Origin: Dromiciops gliroides
Lineage: Eukaryota
Assembly: GCF_019393635.1 (NCBI RefSeq)
Contig: NC_057863.1
Span: 490,520,948 to 490,584,947, forward strand
DNA: 64,000 bases
Direction: 5' to 3'
Below are positions 34,281 to 47,757 of this stretch, piece after piece (within the stretch, counting starts at the first letter, position 1; every line of letters starts with the position of its first letter). The translations under genes and the position numbers were made by a program. Under the pieces are notes generated by a model, which had not been told where the DNA came from, did not search any database, and was given only the letters and a program-made list of their open reading frames with translations.

Positions 34281-36638
34281 GGAAAGAAAGAGGTTAGGGC
34301 CAGACAAATAAAATAGAGACCTATCTGCATAGAAATGATAATTGAAACCAAGGGAACTGATAAGATAAAAAAATTGAAAAAGTAGAAGAAAAATACCCAG
34401 GCCAGAGCCTTAGTGGACATTCGTGATTAATGAGCAAGCCCTTCATGAAGATCCAGCAAAGGAAACTAAGGAGAAATGGTCAGACAGGTACAAGGAGAAC
34501 CAGGAGAGAATGTTAGGGAGAAGAGGGTAATCCAAGAAAACACGCTGCTTATTATGAGGAAGAGGGAGCACCTCAGGGGAGATTGTGGTTTAAATCAGAA
34601 ACCAGAAGCGGAGAGGAACTCTGCAGCCTCATGACTGTGCCTGACAGTGATCATGACAAAGGCAGACTACCATCATGCAGTGGCTTTGAGAGAACAGAGA
34701 GCTGGCCCCAGCAGGGGTTACATACTTCCTATGTAGAGAACTAGCAAAAAGAACACACTGGTAGCCCTACAGCTCCAAAAGTATGAGCTGTTTCTACACC
34801 TGGACTATGACCATACATCTTCTCCATCTATGAGCTGGCCACATGTATTCTACGTTTCCTACTAGTGTTGGAATTTGGGGGTAAATGTGCCCCAGTTTTA
34901 TGGAGGAACTATTTTATTAGAGGGTAGTGAGGTGATACAGTAGATAAAGGGCCCAGAGTTAGGGAAATCTGAGTTCAAATCCAGCTTCAAACACTTAATA
35001 CCTGTGTGACCCTGGGCAAATCACTTATTTGCTATCTGCCTCACATTCCTCATTTATAAAATGGGGAGAAAAACAATATCTACCCCACAGGTCTATTGTG
35101 AGGATCAAATGATATAATAATTGTAATTGTGTTTAACACAGTGCCTGACAAGTTGTAAGCTAACATATAAATGCTAGCTATTATTTTTATTATCATTATT
35201 CTTGTGGCTGTTGCTTTTTTTCTTATTATACTATTCATGAAATGCTTTTGCTTTGAATTAATTGTGCCCTCTGGTTAAACAGTAAATGTAAACATATCAA
35301 TGGGGGGTTGTGAGCTATGGTCTTAAATGAGTTAACTTGGGGTACTCTGGTCTGGGGGATCTACTGTGTGATTTGATGAGTGCCCCCCAGGTGACAAAGG
35401 TGTTAGGGATGAAAAGATTTAAAAAGAGGATAAATTAGATTTCCCCTTGCTCTCAAGGTGTTTGCATTTGAATGTTTACAAAGAAAACTAAAATCTATTC
35501 AATTGTATTGTAACATGTCCAAGAAATGTTATTACTGAAAATTGATGGCCTCCATGGAGTCTAGACAAGGTAGAGCCAAAGAGTAAGAATTTGTCATTGT
35601 TTACCTAGGAAAGCTGGAGAAGGAAATGGCAAACCACTCCAGTACCTCTGCCAAGAAAACCCCAAAGGAGGTCTTGAAGAGTTACATGAGACTGAAAAAC
35701 AACTGATCAATCTAGGAAAGTGGGTTGTCTTATTTTAGCCTACCCGCATCAATTCTTCAGTCAAAAACATTCCTACAGTAAATTCAGCAGAGCCTAATAG
35801 TGTTTTGCAATTAGTAGGAATTTAATAAGTATTTGTTGAATTCTAATCAAGGTACCCTATTTTTATGGGAAAGTCTAGGAGTCAAGAATAAGAACAGGAT
35901 GGTTCACTTTGCATTGGTTCAGCTAACGCAAAATTACTAACCTTTAAGAATCAATACATATTACACAGGGGGTGACATGAATCCTGCCATCAGGGTGGTA
36001 TTCTTCAGATACTCACATATCCCATTAGACTCTCACATTCTAAGTATGATATGGGCTCAAAGCCAGTACTCCAGACAACTTCATAAAGTTGAGGCAGTCA
36101 GATATGCAAGACAATATTTAACAATAGATGAGACCCCCAGATGGTCTTTATAATTGCCCACCATCATAGGAATGGGCTGGCATATTTCACTAGGTCCTGT
36201 TGATAGGCCCTTATCATTGGTCACTTGAGCCATAGGGATAGTCTACCACTTCTGCAATGGTCAAAAGATCAGCCTCAAACCTCAGGTCCATCCTCACTAA
36301 GGGAGAAAAATATTTGCATTACCTGTCTCTAAACACTGTGTTGAAGAAAGCACTTTGGAAGCTGGAAAACACTATGGGAATGTGAAATGTTGTAATTTAC
36401 TATTAATAAAATAATAGTTACATGATTGTTAATCATAAATCTGTGCTTTGTAATATCCTAGAAGATATCAGCTTTCCAGCAAAATGTCACTTAGTTTTCC
36501 CACTTTACCACATAATTAAAGTTCATGATAAATTTAACAACAAATATAATTAACTATGATTTAATAGGCTTAAGTTTTCTTGTTTTCTTATTTAGGACAA
36601 TTATAATAATTTAATCACCTATTAATAACAATACTTAC

Positions 36639-36734
36639 CCTTTTTTCAACTGCCACAAAACTTGTAAATTGTGTTATAATAGAGTTCTCCTTGCTGAGTT
36701 TAATAATCATAGACTTCAAAATTTGCTTCTTCAT
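36639..36734 (-). CDS. PARP4: PARP4 exon. Encodes MKKQILKSMIIKLSKENSIITQFTSFVAVEKR.
   Basis: Acceptor ccttccaaccTAG|ATGAAG, donor AAAAGG|GTAAGT. Matches human (E)MKKQTLKSLIIKLSKENSLITQFTSFVAVEKR. Phase 0/0. Confidence 0.85.
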
Positions 36735-38199
36735 CTAGGTTGGAAGGTTTTAAATAGAAATATTATACCAAACAGATGTATTTTGTATTCAAGGTGCATA
36801 GATACTTAATTCACATAGACACACACACTATGATCCTTTTTAATTCCAGTTTTTATTACTCCTTAAACAGAAATTCTAGAAAACTTTTTCCCTTTAGGTA
36901 AGGAAGTATGATCCTATGTTCAGAAAGAATACTGGACTTGGAATAAGAAAGTGTGGGTTCAAGCTTTGGCTTTTGCACATTTTTCAATATGTCACTTTAT
37001 CTCTCTTAGCTTCAGTTTCCTCATCTATAAAATGGGCACAATGCTACCTGCTTTTTATCTACTTCACAGATTTGCTGTGAGAATTAAATTAGAATGTAAG
37101 TGAAAATGTTTTCTAAATTGTAAATGTTCCTCAAATGTAAGATTTTATTATTGTTATCTATGGATAAAACATATTTTATGATTAATGTTCCAAACAAAAC
37201 ATCCATGCAAAAGTTTTCTTCTACATTTTTCACTTTTATAAGGTAAGTGACTCCATGTCACCCACTTAAGAGATCTGATAAATCATATTCAAAGGGATAG
37301 TAAATACCTTGATAAAAATCAAATAAAGAAAGCTGCCTAATCTAAGGACAAGACTAGAAAATCTTGAAAATAATTTATTTAGTTTATCGACCCAAAAGTC
37401 TGATAATTTAGTGTTAGGTTAATTGAGGATCACCCTCTTTAAGGATCACCCTCTTTAATAGCAACCTTTTACCTACCCGTAATCTGGGGCTTTAGATAGC
37501 TTTTATTCTATGTTAAAATCTATGAAGTCAAGACATCTGTTCTAAGGTTTCGCCTTTTGAAAGCAAAATTACAGATCTATAGCTTTCTGAATCCAAGCAA
37601 GATTATAATAATAAAAATCTTCTGTCAGATATTTCACAGGATCATAGACCTAGAGCTTGAAAGGACTTTAAAAGTGATTTTGTCCAACTTTTTCATCCTA
37701 ACGAGGAAGAAAATGAAGCCAGAGAGCTTAGATGATTTATCCAAGATCATATAAATAAGAAATGGGATTTGAACTCAGGTTCTAAGACCCTCAGTTAAGA
37801 GCTCCTCTCAGATCAGCTTTTTTTTTTTCCACTGAGACTTAATAGGTTTGCTCTTGCTGTTACCCTAGTCTTACAGGACTAGAAATCTCTGTTAGTTTTC
37901 CTTTTAAATGAAAACATAATTGAAGAAAATAAAGTGGGGCTTTCTCTCTAAAAGAAATAAAATGAGATGAAGGATATTCTTCCTCAGGTTGTGCTTCTAT
38001 TCTGGGAGAAGATTATCTCTAAACATTCTTCCACCTGTAAATTCTATGATTCCATAACTCTATTTAAGACAAATTCCTTTTACCCTAACACATAGACTTA
38101 TTCTTTATCCATTTTACCTAACTTCACATGTTGTTAGCTACATCAGTTTAAGAAAGATTGTCTAAAAATCAAAGAAAACTTTCTATAGAAAAAGCAAAC

Positions 38200-38280
38200 C
38201 TCATGTTTTGTTTCATCCTCATGGAGTATTCCATCTTCATAATCTCTGATGATCGCTCTAGCTGTTAACTTGTGAAGCAT
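38200..38280 (-). CDS. PARP4: PARP4 exon. Encodes MLHKLTARAIIRDYEDGILHEDETKHE.
   Basis: Acceptor ccccgaaatgTAG|ATGCTT, donor CATGAG|GTTTGC. Matches human MIHKLAARALIRDYEDGILHENETSHE. 81 nt, phase 0/0. Confidence 0.8.
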
Positions 38281-38539
38281 CTACATTTCGGGGGCAAAAG
38301 AAAACGACTTTACCTTTTTTATTACCACTTTACCTCCTTAACTTTTAAAAGTCATTAATTAATTTCTTTGGTTTCTTAATTTGATTATCTTTTTTTATAA
38401 GCAAGTAGTAGGTTTGTCCCTGGGACTCCCACCCAGTCCTAGGAGGATGTTTGCACAAATGTTCTCAGAGGAAAAAAAGAAAATATTGTAACCTAAAGAT
38501 TTTCTCCTCTCTTTATAGGTTATTGCTAAAGAGAATTGA

Positions 38540-41250
38540 CCTTAGGAAATGACTTTGATGACTTTTTTCTCAAACTAATACTCTGCTTTTACTATTTATT
38601 TTTATTTTTTAAATTAAAATTTCTTTTTTCATCATCAAAAATCTTCCTTATCTCCTTCCACATTCACCCCCTAGAAACTGAGAAAGAAAAACAAATCCCC
38701 AGTTATAAACATGTAATAATGAAGCAAAACAAATTCCTATATTCGTCAAGTAAAAAAAAAGTTTGTCTACACTCTGAGTCTATCATCTCTCTATGAGGAG
38801 GTAGGTGAGATATTTCATCATGGACCCTCTGGAATCATGATTCGTTATTGCAATGGACAGAGTTCCTAAGTCTTTCAAAATTGTTTGTTTTCTCAACAGT
38901 GTTGTCATTGTGTAAAATATTCTGTTGGTTTTGCTCACCTCACTCTGCGCTGGTTCATATAAACCTTCCTAGGCTTCTCTGAAATCATCCCCTTCAACAT
39001 TTCTTGCTGCACAAAAGTATTCCATCACCATTATAAACCATTCCATCCTTAATTATTCCCAAATTGGTGGGCACACCTTCAATTTCCAATTCTTTACCAC
39101 CACCAAGAGTTGCTATAAATGTTTTTGTACATCTTTAGAGTTTGTTTTGTTTTATATTACTCTCTCCCTTAACTTACATTCCCCAACCTATTCCTCTCCC
39201 AGTTGCTTCCCCTTTCCCTCTTGTTTCCCTGTTGAACGAAATGAATTCCTATACATAACTTTGCATGTGTATTTTTTCCTTCTTTTTACCAGTTGATCAG
39301 AGAGTGACATTCAAGACTTTTGTTCCTCTCTTCTGCTTCCTCTTTCCCACATTTCCATGTTGAATGAAATGTACTTTTGTACCCATTTGTGTGTGGATAT
39401 ATGTGTATGTAAGTATTTTGCCTTCTTTTGATGTGTTTAGACGAGAATGAGGTTCAAGTATCAACCAATCTCCCTACCCCTTCTTCATTGTTTATACTGA
39501 TTTCTGCATCCTGATTATTTGAGATGTTTTCCCTCATTTTTCCTCTTCCTCCCCCTGCCTGTATATTCCTCTTCACCTCGTTTTCCATTCTCCTTTTAAG
39601 ACTGCCAAAATATAAGAACCACCCCTAGTTGCTCTGTCTAATTAATTAGACTGCTTCTATGATCTTTGATAGGCCACTAGGTGGCACCGTGGATAGAGCA
39701 CCTGGTTTGGAGTCAGGAAGACCTGAATTCAAATTTGACCTCAGACACTTTCCTCATCTGTAAAATGAGTTGGAGAAGGAAATGACAAATCACTCCAGTG
39801 TCTCTGCCACGAAAACCTCAAATGGGGTTGCTGATCCTTTTTTAGTCCCTTATTATTTCTCATTCATGTTTGCTTTTTTTCTCTCTGACTCCTGTGTTTG
39901 CACTTCAGTTTTTCTATAGAGTTTTAGTCTTTTCATTCGCAATGCTTAGAAATTCTGTATTTCATTAAAATTCCTTTTTTTTTTTTCCTCCTGTAGGACT
40001 ACACTCAGGTTTGCTGGATAGGTTATTCTTTGTTGTAAGACTATATTCTTTGTATTATGTAATATTGTATTCTAAGCTCTGTGTTCCTTTGTTGTGGTAA
40101 ATGCTAAGGTGTATGTGATTTCTGACTGTGGCTCCAAGGTATGTGAATTCTTTCTTTCTGGCTGCTTACAGTACTTTTTCTTTGACCAGGAAGCTCTGGA
40201 TTTTGGCTATGATGCTTCTGGGAGTTTTCATTTTTGTTTTTTTTTTACTTGTTTGTTTTTCAGAAGGGGACCTGTAGATTCTTTCTACTTCTACTTTGCA
40301 CTCTGGTTTTGTTTTTGTTTTTGTTTTTGTTTTTGTTTTTGTTCTTTGGCGAGGCAACTGGGGTTAAGTGACTTGCCCGGGGTCACATAGCTAGTAGGTG
40401 TCAAGTGTCTGAGGCCATACTTGAACCCAGGTCCTCCTGACTCCAGGGTCGGTGCTCTATCCACTGTGCCACCTAGCTGCCCCTGCCCTCTGGTTCTAAG
40501 ACATCTGGGCAGGTTTTATTTTATGATTGCTTGAAATAAGATGTCTAGACTACTTTTCTGTTCTTGGCTTTCAGGTAGTACAATGATTCTTAAATAATCT
40601 CTCCTTGATCTGTTTTCCAGGTAAGTTGTTTTTGCTATGAGATACATACCTTACATTTTCTTCTATTTTTCAGTCTTTTGACTATTTTAATATTTCTTAT
40701 TGCCTTAGGGACCTATTGGTTCATTATTATTTTCAGCGAGTTTGTTGCTTCAGGAAAATTTTGTATTTCTTGTGTCAAGCCATTAATTCCCCTTTCAATT
40801 CTTTCTCTCATAACTCTCATTTCCTTTTCATTTCTCCTTCTAGTGCTCTTATTTAATTTATAACAAAAAATTAAACTATTAAAAACCTCTTGCTTCATCT
40901 TTTTTCAAAAATTCTAGTTGAATTTCCCCCATGCCAAATTTTTCTTTGAGGCTTTGCTTACAAATATCTTAGAGGCATTCTGTTCATTTGAGTTTGTATA
41001 TTGAGCTTCATTGTCACTATAATTAATAGATTTTTATGGTGGGATTTTTTTTTGCTCAATTTTTCCATCCTACTCCCTGACTGTGGACGTTATGCTAGGT
41101 CAGGCTCTGTGCCCTTCCAGAGAGAATGTCTGGGCTGGTCTTGTTGCTACTTTCTTGAGGTACTGAATTATTCTAGGGACAGCTCATGCTGGAGAACTGC
41201 AAGTTTTCAATGCAAATATGGTATTAGTTTTAAAACCAGGCAAAGATAAC
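38540..41250 (+). mobile_element. Old L1/LINE-like region. It is diverged and interrupted by a MIR-type SINE at 39675-39800, a SINE1 at 40347-40483 and a (TTTTG)n run at 40300-40345.
   Basis: Segments such as ttctcaacagtgttgtcattgtgtaaaatattctgttggttttgctcacctcactctgcgctggttcatataaacc…ttcccaaattggtgggcacaccttcaatttccaattctttaccaccaccaagagttgctataaatg resemble conserved L1 3'-region sequence. No intact ORFs. Confidence 0.4.
40347..40483 (-). mobile_element. SINE1/MAR1-type SINE, reverse orientation, preceded by (TTTTG)n.
   Basis: ggcgaggcaactggggttaagtgacttgcccggggtcacatagctagtaggtgtcaagtgtctgaggccatacttgaacccaggtcctcctgactccagggtcggtgctctatccactgtgccacctagctgcccc. Confidence 0.85.
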
Positions 41251-41831
41251 ACTAAAAAAGAAAATAAAGATCAATTTCTCTAATGAATATACAAAAATAC
41301 TCAATAAAATATTAGTATAATACAGCAGCGTATTAAAAAAACTATTTATCATAATTAAGTAGGTTTTATATCAGGCAAGTAATCTAAACTCTGTGCTTCA
41401 GTTAGATAACAATAATAACACTACTTACATATTAGAAGGTTTTTGTGAACAAAACACTTTATAAACCCTGAAGCACAACATAAGGGTGAATCTTTCTTGC
41501 ACTATACTGAATAAAATTTAATTTTGATTAATTCAGAAAACTTAGAAACTAATAATAGAGATAAAGTAGATATGAATTTTATCTAACTAGGTGAATAAAA
41601 TATGTGGGTTCCTCAATATACTACTGTTAAACTAAATGTTTATAGGTGTAGAAAAGTGAGCTCATATGTCCAATTCCTTCCCTGAGTGAGATACTTAGAT
41701 TTTAATATGTAACAGAAGTAAAAATATTAAGTAATAGTGTATATTAAATGACTAAGGATATGTTTATTAAAACATAAAATTATGAAAATTGATTACTATC
41801 ATAGGTATATAGATGAAGTCTTAAATCTTAC

Positions 41832-41912
41832 AGTTCCAGTTGTTTTCTGTAATTCGGTAGTTGATACCATTGTGTGAAATTCTCTGTCTTGAATGAAAGC
41901 ATGTAGGATGGC
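41832..41912 (-). CDS. PARP4: PARP4 exon. Encodes AILHAFIQDREFHTMVSTTELQKTTGT.
   Basis: Acceptor cctcttttttttccaatgtcatccAG|GCCATC, donor GGAACT|GTAAGA. Matches human ATLCALIQEKEFRTMVSTTELQKTTGT. 81 nt, phase 0/0. Confidence 0.85.
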
Positions 41913-42162
41913 CTGGATGACATTGGAAAAAAAAGAGGTATCTGATTACTTTTTCCTATCCATATTCCCAACCTCTTAGCTGCTGAAACGTTTAGCAGTG
42001 ATTATCCCCATGATTAACAATTAACAATCACTTAAGTGAAGATAGAAGCAAAAACCACTTTCCCTTAGTTGCAAAAGGTATCCATCAAAGGGGAAAGTTT
42101 CAAAAGAAGCCATGGCTAAATATTCAAACATACAACCTGTGCTTCTTTGGACAATTCCTCAC

Positions 42163-42333
42163 CTGTGTACAATGAGGGATGAATCCATACACAAGCAGTC
42201 TATCATTGTTGAATAAGGCCTGAATTTCCGTGGGAGCCTGAATGGGCTCTGGTGAATTTAGATTTAGTTGCTGCCATTTAATAGACACAGAGCTGCATCC
42301 TGGAGAAAATATTCTTGTTATCTGGTCTTCAAT
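42163..42333 (-). CDS. PARP4: PARP4 exon. Encodes IEDQITRIFSPGCSSVSIKWQQLNLNSPEPIQAPTEIQALFNNDRLLVYGFIPHCTQ.
   Basis: Acceptor tctttttccttcgtaaaTAG|ATTGAA, donor ACACAG|GTGAGG. Matches human IEDQMTRLCSPSCHSVSVKWQQLNPDVPEALQAPAQVPSLFLNDRLLVYGFIPHCTQ. 171 nt, phase 0/0. Confidence 0.9.
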
Positions 42334-42597
42334 CTATTTACGAAGGAAAAAGATTTGGATTAGGTCTTGATTTTATTCCATGAAAAAATAACTTTCTTGC
42401 TAATTAAAAATATTTATATTCTCATCATTTTACAGTTTTTCCTTCTATATGAAAGGAAAACATTGGAATAAAGTTGACAAATGCCCCTTTAAAATTATTA
42501 CAGTATTACTGTTACCCACTTTACATATGAAAAAGTCACTGCAATGCCTTCATTAATTTCTCTAGTGTGCAATTTTCATAGTAGCTTTCAATTAAAA

Positions 42598-42760
42598 TAT
42601 TCATTTTAATAATACAGGATTATATAACACTTAGCTTTAATAATACAGGTATTATATAATACTTATCTTTAATAATATAGACATTACAATTATAATAATA
42701 TAGGTATTACATAACACATAGCTTTAATAATACAGGTATTACATAGCACTTTATAAAGCT
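42598..42760. repeat. Tandem repeat with a ~37-38-bp unit in about 4 copies (…aataatacaggtattatataacacttagcttt…).
   Basis: Direct read of four successive, slightly diverged copies of tttaataatacaggtattacataaca[ct]ttagc. Confidence 0.8.
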
Positions 42761-45290
42761 CTGGGAATAAAATGATTTGTGGGAGAACCATTCAACAAAT
42801 ACTTCTTATCTACTATACGCAGGGTAAATTACAAAGACCAATCAATACAGGGGAAAGAAGCCTGGTAGTTCAGAGGTAAGGGGGTTCTAATTCTGGCTCT
42901 GTGTCCCTGTAGGTCACTTAGTATTTCTGGGCACACCTAAGATTTAGGGTTGGAAGGGATGTGAGAGGTCATCTTTAGTTCAACCCCTTCATTCTACTGA
43001 TTGGGAACTTGAGGTTCAAAAAGGTTAAATGACATGCCCTAGGTCACATAAGTGACAGAAGCAGTATTTGAACCCAGGTCCTATGACACCCAAACCAGTG
43101 ATTGTTCCATTATATCACCAGTTGGACCAAATGATTACCAAGGTTCTTTGCAGACCTAAACTTTTGTGATGCTGTGGCAGGTGATTCAGTGAATTCACCT
43201 AGGGACTATTCTGCTCCCTTTCAGATTTCCTTTTCATTCCTTCTCCTCCAGTGAAGAAAGAGAATTTGTTTAAATTTTATTATTCTGGACAGTAATCCTA
43301 TCTAGTCTCTATTTTATTTAATTCTTCTCTTAGGCCCACCCTGTTCTAAACACAAAAAAGAACATCTTGTTTTTCAAAACAACAAAAAAAAGAACTTTAA
43401 ATTTAGTCACTTAACATGGCTAAAAGAGCTCAAACTTCCCAAATTAGAAAAAATGATACTAGTCATAGTTATAAGTTACATTTATATGGTGCTTTGAGGC
43501 TGATAAAGTGTTTATCTCACAAGACCCTTTAAGTGCTACAATCCCCATTTTATAGATGAGGAAACTGGCCTTCAGTGAGTTTACTAAATATCAGGCCTGG
43601 AATTCAATCTCAGGACTTCGGATCACAGGATCATAGATTTTACTAAAAAGGTCCATCAAAGGCCATCTAATTTTTTCCTCCAGTGCTTATTTATATGGAA
43701 ATTAAGAATGGTAGATGTAAAGCTGAAAGTGACCTTAGATGCCTTGTTGTCTAACCCCTTCAAATTTTAGCTGAGGAAACTGATGTTCAAGGAAGTTTAA
43801 GTGACTTGTCCAAGGTCACACTGGTAGTAACAGAAGCAGAATTTGAACCTAGGCCCTTAAACCAGGATTCTCTCCATCATACCACACAATGTTGCCTTCC
43901 TTATTCCCAGTCAAGGCCTCTTTTCATTACACCAGTCATAATGGACTCCAGCATCCTTTCTTGTGGTTTATACAAGGTGTAGTCACTGAGTAATGAAACT
44001 TGTTTTTAACAAACATAGACGAATGATTATAATAATAACAAATAACACTGATATGTTGCTTTAAGGTTTGCCCAGAATTTAACATGCAACATTATATGTG
44101 GTTCTCACAACACCATCAAGTCAATTATTTGTTTATACACATGAGAAAACTAGGGCTCAGAGGTTAGATGACTTGTCCAAGGTCACACAGCCAGTGAGTA
44201 TCTCAGGTGGGATTAAAATCTAGGTCTTCCTAATTCCATATATAGTATTCTATTCACTACATTAAGATGGCTCTGAATTCTGTGTCAGAATCCATACATT
44301 CAAGTGAATGCTGTCTTGAAAGCCTTTTCTTGGGAAACTCCATATTTATTCCAATAATGCGGCTATAACCTGAACTCATTGGACCTCACTCTTTGGAACA
44401 GCTTCAAAGACAGTTTATAAGCCATGAAACTGCTTTAGAGTCACATTTCATTTGTCATTCCAAAGAGAAGCAGCCACCTTCTTTCAAGAACTGGCTTTGG
44501 ATAATTTTTGTTTAAAAATGACCAGCCTCTGTCATGTTAGAAACCTTGGTATTTTCATTATCACTCCTCAACTCCCATGGCCAATCAGTTACCAATTCTT
44601 ATTGATTCCATCTCTGAAAGATCTCTCAAATCTATTCCTTTTTTCCTCTATTTCCATAGCCATCATCCTAGTAAAGGTTTCCATTACTAATGCCCTGGAT
44701 ATTACAACTTTTTAACAAGACTTCCCATCTCCACTTTCCATCTCTGAATAATCCATCTGTCACAGTGCTGTCAGAGTTATCTTCCTTATATGTAGATCTG
44801 ATCATGTTACACATCTGTGCAAGTATTAGAGTAGTTTCCTCTTACTTCTAAGTAGTTAAACTCCTCTGCCTGTTATTCAGACTCTCTATATGTGGCACTT
44901 ATTACAGCCTTATCTAATACAAATCTCTCATGTACTCTATCCCAGCCATACTAAACTACTTGTTGACCTCTAAACATACCCCATATTTGCCCATTTCTCT
45001 ACGTTGTGCCATGGCTCACACTGTTCCCTATGCCTAGGCTGTTCTACCAAAAATAAGACTGGGAATTTCTACCTATTCTTTACAGCCCAATTCAAAAGCC
45101 ACTTACTCCAGGAAGGCTTCCCTGATTTCCTAGATTAGTAACTAGCTACCCTCCCCGTTCAGACATGCAAAGCACTCTGTACCCTTGTTAACTTATAGAA
45201 TATTTTGTTTTAGTTTTACACATCATAGTCTCCTCTTCCATTAAAGTTCTCTTCTGATGCCCAGTCATGGATAAGGGTAACCATGGATTC

Positions 45291-45436
45291 TTTTTTTTGG
45301 GTGGGCAATGAGGGTTAAGTGACTTGCCCAAGGTCACACAGCTAGTAAGTATCAAATGTCTGAGGCTGGATTTGAATTCAGGTCCTCCTGAATTCAGGTC
45401 CAGTGCTTTATCCATTGTGTCAACTAGCTGCATCCA
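45291..45436 (-). mobile_element. SINE1/MAR1-type SINE, reverse orientation.
   Basis: Poly-T then ggtgggcaatgagggttaagtgacttgcccaaggtcacacagctagtaagtatcaaatgtctgaggctggatttgaattcaggtcctcctgaattcaggtccagtgctttatccattgtgtcaactagctgc. Confidence 0.8.
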
Positions 45437-45539
45437 TAACTCTGGATTCTTGAAGGCTAAGCAACCTGCTAAGTATAGCTTCCTATCAAGCTGGAAATGC
45501 TTAAAATATGAGCCTGGTGCTGGATTCAATTAATCAACA

Positions 45540-46950
45540 AGCATCAAACACCTCCAAATATGCTAGGCTCTATGCTAGGCACTAGTGATACAAATAAAAA
45601 CTGAGATAATCCCTGTTCTCAAAGAGCTTATATTTTTATCAAGGGATATAAGCAAAGATAAAATTAAAATAAAATAAATACAAAGTAATTGGGAGAGTAT
45701 TAAAAACTTGGACAATCAGGAAAAACCTATTGAAGAATGTGGAACTTGAACTGAGCCTTGAAGGGAGCCAGAGGCTCAAAGAGGTAGAGGTAAAGAGGAG
45801 AACATTATAGACATATGCCAAGGTCTGGGGGAAGAAATGCAATGTTGTGAATGAGAAATAGTAAACACGCCAGTGGAACCTGAATGTGTAGTACAAGGAG
45901 GGGAATAAGGAGGAATCAGCCTGCCAAAATGGGCTGAAGCCAGATTATGGAGTAGAGAAATTTGTATTTGTTCCTAGTGGCAGCGGAGAGCCACTAATGA
46001 TTCTTAAGCAGAAGACTGATGGTTAGACCTGTCCTTGAGGAATATTAATTTGATAGCTGTGTGAAGGATGGATTAGAAGAGGAAGAGACAAGATAACTCT
46101 AAAGGACTTATGATGAAAAATGTTATCCACCCTGGAAAAAGAATTGATGTCTGAATACAGATTGAAGCATAATTTTTTTTACTTTATTTTTCTTGAGTTT
46201 TTCTTTTGTCTGTTTTCTTTCACAATCTGACTAATGTGGAAATGTTTTTCATGACTACACATGTATAATTTACATTGAATTGCTTACCTTCTTGAAAGAG
46301 GAGTGGGGAGGGAGGAAGGGAGAGAATTTGGAACACAAAGTTTTTAAAATGGATGTTAAAATTGTTTTTACATTTAATTGAGGGAAAAATGCTAACCCCC
46401 CCAAAAAAAACTCCCAAATAACAACAATCAACATAATGAAATGGTCCAAGCAGGAAGTAAGTAATGAGGCCCTGAACAAGAGTAGCCATGAAGTGAATAC
46501 AGAGAAAGGAACAAATGTGAGAGATATGGAGGAAGGGGGATTAGATATGGGAGGCAAATAAGGGCAAGGAGTAAAGTGTGACTTCCAGATTGTAAACCTG
46601 GGGAACCAGAAGAATCCTGGTGGTTCTGAACTAGTGAGAGCTGAGGAGATACTCAAGGGAAAGACTGTAGAAAGAAGTGGGCCAAAGAGTTTTCTTTGAT
46701 TAGGAGACCTAGAATGGATGGCAAATCAGCAAAGGAGACTAAGAAGGAGGACTCAAGCAAGAAAAGAACTAGGAGAGAGCAGGATTACAGAAGCTGTGGG
46801 AAAAAGAAGGTGTTTGTTTTTCCTTGGTACTTGGGTTAGGCACAGGCATTATTTGGAAGTATAGGTATAAGTGATAACTATCATTTCAGGCCCTGCCCCT
46901 ACTTCTGGTTGAAAAGAGATTGGTCCCTACTTAGAAAGAAATTAGAGGGA
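45540..46950 (+). repeat. Copy of the unclassified long interspersed repeat family, interrupted by an L1 3' UTR fragment at ~46165-46420. Its 3' portion is the left arm of the inverted repeat.
   Basis: …aaacacctccaaatatgctaggctctatgctaggcactagtgatacaaataaaaactgagataatccctgttctcaaagagcttata… and downstream blocks are homologous to 28975-31900. Confidence 0.5.
46629..46939 (+). repeat. Left arm of a ~300-bp inverted repeat (partner 48134..48426). It lies in the PARP4 intron downstream of exon 47758-47857.
   Basis: By eye-alignment, the plus strand of 46629-46939 equals the reverse complement of 48134-48426 at roughly 93-95% identity (gaactagtgagagctgaggagatactcaagggaaagactg…tggtccctacttagaaaga). 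Confidence 0.8.
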
Positions 46951-47158
46951 GGGGTAGGTATAGAGAATGGGGATGTTTGAGAAGTCCAGCCAGCATTGGA
47001 TGTTTGTTGAATGAGGACCAACATAGTTAAGTGTAAAGAGGCTCATCAATAGGTTAGTCAACAACTGATGGGGGTTTTTTTGGTCAGTTTTCTGACTAAC
47101 TCATGATGACTATCTACCAAAGAGGTGGGAAATTGGTATTTGTGTGAGTAGAGGGAAT

Positions 47159-47312
47159 TCTTTTTTTTTTTTTTTAAGTGAGGCAGTTGGGGTTAAGTGA
47201 CTTGCCCAGGGTCACACAGCTAGTAAGTGTTAAGTGTCTGAGGCCGGCTTTGAACTCAGGTACTCCTGACTCCAGGGCTGGTGCTCTATCCACTGCGCCA
47301 CCTAGCTGCCCC
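47159..47312 (-). mobile_element. SINE1/MAR1-type SINE, reverse orientation, with a 14-bp TSD (agtagagRgaattc). It lies inside the spacer of the inverted repeat.
   Basis: T15 then aagtgaggcagttggggttaagtgacttgcccagggtcacacagctagtaagtgttaagtgtctgaggccggctttgaactcaggtactcctgactccagggctggtgctctatccactgcgccacctagctgcccc. Confidence 0.9.
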
Positions 47313-47757
47313 AGTAGAGAGAATTCTTACACCAAAAAAGTCAGGGATCTCTAAAGGACTAAAATTATAACTCCTTTCTTCCTACTATACTTTAAGATCC
47401 ATGAGGCCAAGGACCAGGGCTTATCTAAACTTTCTATCTTTTAAACCTATATAAAATAGTTAATATGTTTATGGAATTGAATGGAACCTTTAGAAAAATG
47501 TTAGAAAACAAAATTAAGAGTGACATGAATGACATTTGTGAGCATTCTGTATTTATTCAAGGACTAAAATGAAGTGATTTACTCATTAGATATTAGAGCC
47601 CAGATAGTAGATAGTATATATCTAATTAGATAGAGCCCAGAGATCCATTTCACTGATTGTTGCATAAGATTTAAAAACATACACAATTAGTGTTTGGGAT
47701 ATTTCCTATTCCCATAAGGACACTTTAAAAAAAGATTAAAAAGGTCAAGAAACTTAC

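Noticed and set aside
41424-41530. Possible exon with a GTAAGT donor on the minus strand, frame IVQERFTLMLCFRVYK….
   Set aside because: It has no convincing similarity to the expected MIHKLAARALIRDYEDG segment. The real exon for that segment is at 38200-38280.
47600-47700. Minus-strand frame reading …NLMQQSVKWISGLYLIR…, containing the SVKW motif of PARP4.
   Set aside because: The similarity stops after 4 residues and the flanking splice sites give stops in frame. The genuine SVSIKW-encoding exon was found at 42163-42333 with full-length homology.
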